64,000 bases of DNA from Eledone cirrhosa (lineage: Eukaryota), in NCBI GenBank assembly GCA_964016885.1, contig OZ024740.1, positions 144,026,001 through 144,090,000 of the forward strand. Direction: 5' to 3'. The translations under genes were made by a program, and so were the position numbers. The notes under the pieces were generated by a model that did not search any database, was not told the origin of the DNA, and was given only the letters and a program-made list of their open reading frames with translations. Shown here piece by piece: positions 55,167-64,000 of this stretch. The first letter of the stretch is position 1. Each line of letters starts with the position of its first letter.

Positions 55167-55541
55167 CTTGAGCACCTCCACTGTTACTAAGGTGGGCAGA
55201 CTCTTCAGCCATTTTGTCCCAATGTCGTGCCACTTCAAACAAGACTTCAGGGTAAACACCACCGCCTTTAGCAGCACTTTCAACAGCAAGACAAGCTTTC
55301 TCCAGCATCTCTTTGCTATGCTCCTTGCATTGAAGCAAGGCACGTTGCACTTCAATGGGATTTAAAGCATGAGCATGAGGTAAAGAAGAGAGAGACAGTT
55401 CAGATGCTGCCTTCACCATGTTGGGATCTCGACCTCTTGAAGCTCGGTCAGCAAGTGATGCAACTTCAGGTGGGGTTAGGTGTCCTTCCCAAGTGTCAAT
55501 AAGAATATTGATTGCTGCACTCCCAATCTCCATTGCTTGAC
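55167..55541 (-). CDS. ZSWIM8: ZSWIM8 exon
   Basis: QAMEIGSAA..WEGHLTPPEVASLADRASR..HAHALNP.EVQRALLQCKE..GGGVYPEVLFEVA; AG/GT sites. Confidence 0.93.
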
Positions 55542-56039
55542 CTGTTGAAAGAAAATTTGAAAAATATATTTCAAAATTTCAGCATTAACAAGACATTCTT
55601 CACAAGTACAAAACAGCACAATGACTACATCACATGAAAAAATTGAAGTCATTAGTCTAATATTGCAAATTTTCACATTGAACTGTCCACTAGTAAAAAT
55701 ATTATAAACATTTGAATTTGTGAGCTTGTTTAACAATACTTTTTTGAATGATTGTTTAACTCTTACCTTCCTGTAGAACATGAACCACATGAGCAACACA
55801 TTCTTAAAAAGTCAAAACAGCACTATGATTGCATCACATTCAAAATTAATCTTTACTTTAGTTTGCTGCGATTTTCACAACGACCTGTCTACTACTAACA
55901 ATATTAAAATAATTTCACCTTACAAACCCATTTTTTAGTATTTTGCTAAATATAAAAGATAATCATCCTCGTCCTTGGTTAATGTACTTTTTCCCTACAA
56001 GCAGGACTACTGACCATTCAGATGGCATAGGGTCCTCAC

Positions 56040-56700
56040 ATCTTTTTTGTAAGCATGTCCATGGGTGTTAGACACATGGAATTCATAAAGATACTTAGGG
56101 TTGCTGTTGGAAAGATGGTTAATAATCTTGTGGGTGACTACCAAGTCAGTTACCAGACGTTTTAATGTATTCATGCCCAGGAAAGCAAAGTGTTCAGAGT
56201 ATGGTAGATGCCTGATGGAGGGTATTCGTTTGGTTGCATGTCTCTGAACAGTTTCCAAGAGATAAATATTCTGAGCAAGATAGGGGTTGCAGACCGGTGA
56301 TGCAAATTCTAAGTGTGGATGCACCATAGCTATGTACAGCTTTAAATAGATAGAGCGGCTGACAAAGGTCTTATTGAGTGATGCTAAGACACCCTTGGCC
56401 TTCTTGACAATTTTAGAGAAGTGTTTCGTCCAAAGGAAATCACTGTTGACAATAATGTCCAGGTTACATTCACAAGAAGGATTCTTGAGATTTGTGTTGT
56501 GGAGGGAGTATGTGAAAGTTGGGTTTTTCTCCCAAAATGCATGGTGGTACACTTGCCTACAACCAGCTTGAGTTGCCAGTCCATAATCTATTGCTACATT
56601 GTGTCCAGGAAAGATCTATAGCGTACAGGATACGTCCTTTTTATCTCAAGGTACATCAGCATATTTCAACACCGTGACATCCTTCAAGTTGGCATCTATG
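56040..56700 (-). mobile_element. Degraded CR1-type LINE 3' fragment
   Basis: VHPHLEFASPV.NPY..LETVQRHATK..THGH. Confidence 0.7.
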
Positions 56701-57080
56701 TTGTTTATATATATATATCATCATCATTTAACGTCTATCTTCCACGCTAGCATGGGTTTAGACGGGAATTGTCATATATTTATATATAAATATATATATA
56801 TTGTACAAAAACATGAGTACCCATTACATATAGAAGTGCATAGAGTGTAATATATATATATCATAGAAAACTCAGTCAAAAACAGAGCATATAAGCAAGA
56901 TATGGTCATTTAACTTGTCTAACCTTATAATGTGACAGCTCATCTAACGTGCATGGAAAATAAACATTAAATTGTGATGATGATATTGACTAAAAGGGTT
57001 GGCATCAGGAAGGATGCCTGGGTGCAAAACAACCTGTCCAACATATGCCAATAAGGAAGAGTGGATGTGAAAATGATGAG

Positions 57081-57122
<42 letters not shown>

Positions 57123-57317
57123 GATATCTAGGATTATATATCCATACCATAAAGTATTGTGCAATCAGTTTTGTTTCGGTAACTGTACACATTGATAGAT
57201 GAGTGAAAAGAACACACACATAAAAATACACTTTCATTCAATGTTATGGTGTTAGTCCAATTTATAAAAGTGACTATAACCAATTAGGTATAATAAGAGA
57301 AGATATTTGAATTTGTA

Positions 57318-57470
57318 GGCAGTGAATTGGCAGAGTCGTTAGGACATTGGATAGAATGCTTTGTAGTATTCATTCTGGCACTCTGCTCTCTAAGTTCAAA
57401 TCACGCCGAGGTCAACTTTGCCTTTCATCCATTCATGGTTGATAAAAAAAGTAGCAGTCAAGTACTGTGG
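57318..57470 (+). mobile_element. Diverged Nin/Deu SINE
   Basis: GTTCAAAT..GCCGAGGTCAACTTTGCCTTTCATCC. Confidence 0.7.
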
Positions 57471-57825
57471 TTGGTTCTTTCTCTATATCTCTTTCTCACT
57501 TCCTTTCTCTCACTCTCTCTATTCTTCTCTGGAAGAAATCTACTGTATTCAGACCTGGAGAGGAGATGGGCTTCACCAGGTTTAAAAGATGCCCTAGAAA
57601 TGCCGTATGTCTATATGGCACCCCTACGACTCCTCAGGAGTTACAAGTCCATACCATTCATACATTTGAATTTGTAAATATTATTTTTATCATCACTCAT
57701 TAATCATGTTGAATAATTTTTAGTACATTTCAGCTCAAAATTTTGAAACTATTGTACGAAAACATACATTTATCATAAATACAAGTTACTAATAAAAATT
57801 AGTAGCAGAAACTAAAGGTTATTAC

Positions 57826-58106
57826 CTGTTATCCAAGAAACATGAGAAGAGTAGGTACGAGACAGCCAGTTGGGTGACACGCAATTGTGTAATCCAAGAG
57901 CATAGAGACCAATTTGGAAAGCACATAGATGTAAGTTGCGATGTGGTCCAGTAGGATTATTGTTATTAGGGGGACGTGTAAAAAGGGAGGTTGAGCTATT
58001 ACCCCCAGCTTTAAACAAAACATTCTTCGCTAATTCAAACATAAAATGAGCGGATGCTTCACTTGGCTGGTTTGGGGTAGTTGGTATAATTCTTTTCCCC
58101 TTGTAT
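57826..58106 (-). CDS. ZSWIM8: ZSWIM8 exon
   Basis: PNQPSEASAHFMFELAK..KAGGNSSTS..GPHRNLHLCAFQIGLYALGLHN.VSPNWLSRTYSSHVSWITG; AG/GT sites. Confidence 0.95.
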
Positions 58107-60024
58107 CTGAAGTAAGAAAAAAAATCAACACATAAAATATGTAGATGTAGAAATTCAAATATATTTATATTGAAATGAATATTTCTTTATTATTTCTAAA
58201 TAACTTGTATCAGTAACAGTAAATACATTTGCAGAGAAAAGATTTTGACAGACATTTACAAAACTGATTGAAAATGAATTTAAAATATCTATTCATTGTC
58301 AGCACTGTAAAATGGGATGGGAGAAACCATCAGCTATGTCAATGACATAAGAACCTCTCTAGTGCTGCTAACATGATAAAATGCACTAGGTAGAGCATAG
58401 GATTATATGTAAATGAGATGCAGACCCCTAATCCATCTGAGAGGTCAGTAGCTCTGCTTGAATACTGACTCAGTCTGTGAAGACTCTTACAACCCTTGTT
58501 AGCAGAGAAAATTGACATTAAATGATAATGATGATGATGTTGTTGATGAATAGATATTTTAGATCTATTTTCAATCAGTTTCCTAAATGATTGTGAAAAT
58601 CTTTTCTCTACAAATATAATTACTGTTACTGATAAAAGACATAAAACATACTGCTTTTAATAACATGTTAGCATTAGTTTCAGGCAATGCTTTTATTTAC
58701 TTTATTTCCTAAAGACAAATAAAAAAAAAAAACCCTTGTGAGTATTACATCTTAAAAAGAATAGAGAACTTGTAAGAAATTCAAATGTTAACTTAGAGAA
58801 AGTAAACTGACACTGACTTCTTTCATCACATTCCTTATCTCTGAATAAAACAAATTAATTTGGTGAAAGGCAGTCTACATTAGTGACAGCTCTTTAGCAA
58901 TACTTGTAACTAACATTATTGGTTGTATGGATTTGTTCCCAAGCTGAAATGGTGTATGCGGAGCTCTTTTTCATATAAATTCAATTCCAAATGTAAATCA
59001 TATTTAAATGCATAAATTACAATACCACTAAAATAACCCACTAATTTACTTTATTACAGTAGTGATCATTGTTACACTAACAATCTTACTGTATTTTTTA
59101 AAAACCAAACAGTGAACTGGCAGAATTGTTACAGTAGAGGTCAACTTTGCCTTTTATCATTTTGGGGTTGATAACAAGCAGTGCCAATCCAATGCGAAGC
59201 ATTAGCGGAAATGTTAGAGCATTGAACAAGATGTCTTGCAGTATTTACTCCAGTTCTGGGGTCTACTTGGGTGGCTGACTTAATTTGTCACCCGGTTAAA
59301 CACCGCTAATTGACCTTGGGTGCCTTTAGCAGAATCCCCCCTGTTACAAGCATTCAGAAACTATCTCTGGCATGAGGATAACTTTTCCCCCTTTCCCCAC
59401 TTTCCTCCAGACTCTCAGAAGGCCCCAAAAGTGTTATGAGCACTGCCATTCCCACCCTGGCTAAGTAAAAATTAAAATGTATATAAAGAAAAATTAAATA
59501 TCAGTACACTATGCTTAGAAATAAAATCTATTTTAGTAAGTTATATAATTGACTCCTCTTTTATTTTGATGATGATGAATTTCTTTAATGAAAACAATAC
59601 ATAAGGAATAGATTACTTTCTTTAGCAAATAGCAAGATAAGGTGACAGAGTAAAAAAGTGATATTTTGTACTGCAAATAACGAAAAAGTAACCCATCAAA
59701 CCCATGCCAGCATAGAAACTGATGTAAAAATGATGATATGATGGTGTAAATTGGAGAGGAAAAAAACAACATCATCATCATCGTTTAACACCTATCTTCC
59801 ACACTAGCAGTTTATCTCAAAACAAAATGGAAAAAAGAAAAAAAAAACTCAGAAAATATTAAGAGTTTCAAATATTTTCAAGAAAAGATTAAAATCACAA
59901 CAATCTCTCCAACGAAAACAAATGGAAATATAGAATTTGACGTAGATCTTAGTATTGAATTTACTTTGAACAAGAAAATACTAGCTGGTAACATATTAAG
60001 TTACGAGTTTTAAGAAGACAAACT

Positions 60025-60359
60025 ATCATCATCATCATTTCATTTTACGTCCGCTTTTTCCCTGCTTGCAAGGGTGGGACGGGAACTGATTCTGGCTTGA
60101 TTTCTACAGCTGGATGCCCTTCCTAACACCAACCTCATTTACAGTGAGTGCTGGGTGCTTTTTTGCCATGGCACCTACACGTCCACTTTACAGTGGAATG
60201 ATATGGACCCCAGTCCCTATCATCTCATTTCTACAGCTGAGTAAACTGGAACAATGTGAAATAAAGTGTCTTGTTCAAGGAAACAACACATCACTCGGTC
60301 TGAGAATTGAACTCACAACCTTTCGATTGCAAGGCCAATGCTCTAACCACTAAGCCATG
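60025..60359 (-). mobile_element. CORE-type SINE with RTE-derived tail
   Basis: Homologous to 6183-6523. Confidence 0.8.
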
Positions 60360-60504
60360 ATTTAACATTAATATATTCAATGCAAAAAGAACTAAGAGCC
60401 ACATTATATATATATTTTTCAAAACATCAGGAATAATGACATTAAGTATAAACTAGCAGCTATAGTAAAATAACATTTCATATGTGAAATATCATGACAG
60501 TTAA

Positions 60505-60715
60505 CTCTTAACATCCTGCACCACATGAAACCACATTTGTATGTTGTTCTTGAAAAGTATATAAATAGTACTATGACAAAGCATCACATTAAAGTCATTA
60601 CTCTAATAATACACATTTTCACAAAGATCTGTCCACTAGTAAAGAAACTATAAACATTTGAGTTAACAAACCTGTGTTAAATATTTTCTGCTAAATCATT
60701 ACAGGATGTTAAGAG
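60505..60715. mobile_element. TTAA-flanked MITE (piggyBac-like)
   Basis: TTAA|CTCTTAACATCCTG...CAGGATGTTAAGAG|TTAA; related remnants near 55600-55870. Confidence 0.7.
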
Positions 60716-61096
60716 TTAAAAAGAAATTGTTACATTGTGATTGTAACAACTTTGCAGCCAATAAAATAAGAGAAAACAGTTTCACTGTGTTTTTACAGCA
60801 CTAAAATCTTTACCATATTCTAAATTAAAGAAATTCATTGGACAGCTATTCAATTTCCCTAATGTTACTGCAAATTTTATTTTTGAACATCTTATATACT
60901 GCATAGTAGGTGTTCAAGATCATATGAAAAACATATTTACTATATGTAGTAGAATTATTTTCTCTAATAAATAAATACATCTCCATTTTTTAAAAAGATC
61001 TTTAGTTGGAAAATGTTTCATTCAACAGTACTTAATGGACCAATTTTTGAGAACTGAACTCTTCAATTGACCAGGGGCCACCCATTTTGGACTAAC

Positions 61097-61180
61097 CTGA
61101 TAGTCTTCATATTAGTAGATGGCATTCTTGGATCAATAAGAACTAAGGAAGTGATCCTGGCCAGAAATGGATTTGTGAGA
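61097..61180 (-). CDS. ZSWIM8: Probable small ZSWIM8 exon
   Basis: tttcag acceptor, AG|GTTAGT donor, open frame, phase 2 matches the next exon; peptide not recognised independently. Confidence 0.5.
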
Positions 61181-61234
61181 CTGAAACAGAAAACAAGATA
61201 GAAAATAAACTAAAGCTGAATATTAAAAAAAAAA

Positions 61235-61440
61235 AATTTCACAAAGATGTAGCAATCAGGAAACAAGCAATGCATAAATGTCAAGTATGCAATCTTAATA
61301 TGACGCAATCAATAAAGATGGCTTAATGTCAATATCACAATTTCACAAAGATGTAGCAATCAGGGAACGAACAATGCATAAATGTCAAGTATGCAATCTT
61401 AATATGACGCAATCAATAAAGATGGCTTAATGTCAATATC
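61235..61440. repeat. ~104-bp tandem duplication
   Basis: aatttcacaaagatg...caatatc occurs twice. Confidence 0.85.
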
Positions 61441-61670
61441 TGGACAACCAACTGCTAAACTTGAGTTTACATTAATAACTTAATGTAAACTTAGGTCAAA
61501 TAAATAGAGGTGACTACAGGGCTTGACTACGTAAACAATATTAGTAAGAGACAATAACAAAACAGAAAAAAAGAGAGGCATAGCTATTTGAATAACATTT
61601 GTGAATCAGTATAGCTGATTGGTGAGTTTGTGCAACTTCAACTTCAAAAGAACTTCATTATATATATTTA

Positions 61671-62968
61671 CTAGCGGCCTCTTGGCCTTTACCCTGGTCT
61701 GTACTGTGTTCAAATCTATTCATAAGGCACCTATTGTCATCTGTTGTAGTGTCCATTTTCATTGGAATAAGATTTTAAAAGGTATTTAAATATTGCATAA
61801 CATAATTTCAAAAATTTATAAAACATTTACAGAACTTCAGTATATAATACTATGTTTGTAATTTTTTTTATTTGGAGCATATATGAAGAGTTTGTGGGGT
61901 CTTCCTGGTCTGGAATAACCTACATACAATGGATCATGTGAGAAACAGCCCTTTTCTAGATGGATACCAATAACCTGCAAGGTTTGACCATGGGACTTGT
62001 TAATGGTCATTGCTTAACTGACACTCACTGAGAATTACAATCATTTGAAATGAAAGGGGACATCTGTTTGTATTAGCAGCATTCTAGGTATAAATGCCCT
62101 TCTTTAATAGAAGGTTGTGTGGCAGCACACCAAACAGTTCTAGATTGTTGAGAAATTCAACGAGATAATAGATAGCATTGTCCCTGTCGACAACTTTGTC
62201 GATAGATTTATAAATCTGGCTACCTCCAGGGATCATTTGTGAGATTTTGTTGATGGCCCTCACTGTGATATTTTGAGGGGCAAGGAATGCTCATTCACAC
62301 AGCCACTCATCATTGAAATGGAGGAACACTTAATTAATTAAGCTTACAACACTTTTCACAACAGTACAAAATGATGAAGGATCAAAACACCCTTTAGTAT
62401 CAAGGAATTGTTTTATTTTTATAAATTTAAATGGCTGAGAGGTTCTTATCTGTAACTCTGAGTGTCCCCCTCCCTTCTTGTCTCTGTTATTCGAACTGAA
62501 GAAATCTCCAAGTCTGGGAGAATCCGAGGGTTCCTCCTTGTCCCCCAAATTCCTTTTTTGGAAAAGAAGGCAAGTGCAAGCATATTGGAGGTCAGTTTAG
62601 TAGAAAACATAAAAAAACCTTTCTTCATGATCCCCAGTAGGTGCTTTTCTATAAATTTAAACGACTGAGAAGTGCTAATCTGTAACTCCAAGGATCTCCA
62701 CTCACTCTATGCCTCCGTTTACGGAAAAAGTAGTCATTGGCAAGTGAATCGGATGTCAGCACGTTCAAAAACAAAGGAAAAAAACCTAGAAAAGAAAAAT
62801 ACTCCCACAGAAGAAATCTCCGTTTTCAGAGAGAAAAATAGATTGCAAGCACATCAGCGGTCATATTATTTGAAAACACGCAAAAATCCTTAATTATTAT
62901 TAATTTTATTTAGTGTTATTAACAGTCAATGTACAAACAAACTTCCTTTTTATATGTATATAGATAGA
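61671..62968 (-). mobile_element. Internally deleted Helitron with helicase remnant
   Basis: A|TCTATC...GGCCAAGAGGCC GCTAG|T; remnants EFLNNL..PHNLLLK and AMTINKSHGQTL..CFSH..LYV..SR. Confidence 0.8.
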
Positions 62969-63276
62969 TGACAGAAGAACAGACTGTATCTGTGTGCTTA
63001 AAAGAGCAGTAAAATCTCAGCCTGCCCCCACCCCCCTATTCTGTTTTCAGTTGACAGTGATCTTGATCTTGTGTCATTAGCCGTCAACATAGAAATAAAC
63101 TTCTTTTTTATAAGGATATATATATATATATATATATTAGTGATAACAAATATAAAATGAAGAATTGCAAAACATTAATTGTAAGTAGATTATATTAAAG
63201 AAAACTAAAATGGCTCCTTTTTTTAGCATATCTTGATGGAGATCAACAGGAAACAATATCTATTATTAATTGCTTT

Positions 63277-63472
63277 AGGGTGGTAGATTAGTAACATTCG
63301 TAGAGCTTCGGACAACATGCTTTGTGGCATGTTGTTATGGCTTTTTATGTTCTGAGTTAATAAAATCAATAAAATAATGTATCAGTAATGCACTGGGATC
63401 GATTTAATTGACTTTCCCTTTCCCTTAAAATTGCTGGTCCTGTGTCAAATGTAGAAACAATTATTACTATTA
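63277..63472 (+). mobile_element. Diverged Nin/Deu-family SINE
   Basis: Head and tail match the family. Confidence 0.6.
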
Positions 63473-63771
63473 TTTTAGTGAAAAACTGTTTTTAATAAAT
63501 TTCACCTTTAAAAACTAATATTTTGGCTCAGTGACAATAATCCTAGAGATCCAATAATATTTAACCGCTAGTTTACACAACAAAAAAATTCAAACGGAAT
63601 ATTTTATAACTTTAGAAACCAACATTCAACAACCTGCCCATGCAAGCATGGAAAAAAAAACAACATGAAAAGGATGATGATGATGACACTAAAGTTCAAA
63701 ACTATTTGCATTTGTGTTCTAAGGTAGGTCAGTAGAGTCTACACATAACAAATACTCCAAGAAAAAATTTA

Positions 63772-63876
63772 ATAAATAATTGTTTCTACTTTTGGCACAA
63801 GGCCAGCAATTACCCAGTACAATACTGGTACTTTATTTTATCGACCCCGTAAGGGTGAAAGGCAAAGTTAACCTCA
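63772..63876 (-). mobile_element. Nin/Deu SINE 3' half
   Basis: Matches the family. Confidence 0.8.
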
Positions 63877-64000
63877 AATAATATTCTTTTATAATAGAAT
63901 ATAAGAGAATATGAATAATATAGAGAAATGCTCTCATCAAAATAACAGTGATTTCTGTATAAAGCCACAACTATATTACAGGGATGGCTACAGACGATTT

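Noticed and set aside
61870-62330. Additional ZSWIM8 exon
   Set aside because: Multiple stops; the peptide remnants are Helitron helicase motifs.

Overview
Eukaryotic, AT-rich animal genomic DNA, most likely a coleoid cephalopod (Octopus-like; inferred from the tRNA-derived CORE- and Nin-type SINEs and the RTE LINE 3' ends). Positions ~50.7-61.2 kb carry five minus-strand coding exons of ZSWIM8. The gene's C-terminal exons are not visible, so the preceding ~50 kb probably lies in one very large intron that opens with a GC donor. Positions 1-46.5 kb form a dense nest of mobile elements inserted into (TA)n/(TACA)n microsatellites. It contains about 16 pieces of three RTE-clade LINE families (two of them, A and B, visibly with a PHD-type zinc finger inside the RT), a CR1-type LINE, SINEs, a Penelope-like element (PLE), tandem Helitron-like elements and a solo LTR; a decayed piggyBac follows at 46.9-49.3 kb. 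The most notable unannotated signal is eight hammerhead-ribozyme (HHR) motifs, mostly in unrelated sequence contexts; seven of them lie shortly upstream of a (TA)n tract. The intact or near-intact ones are antisense to ZSWIM8, while both sense ones are broken. All calls come from reading the sequence by eye; no searches or folding programs were run.
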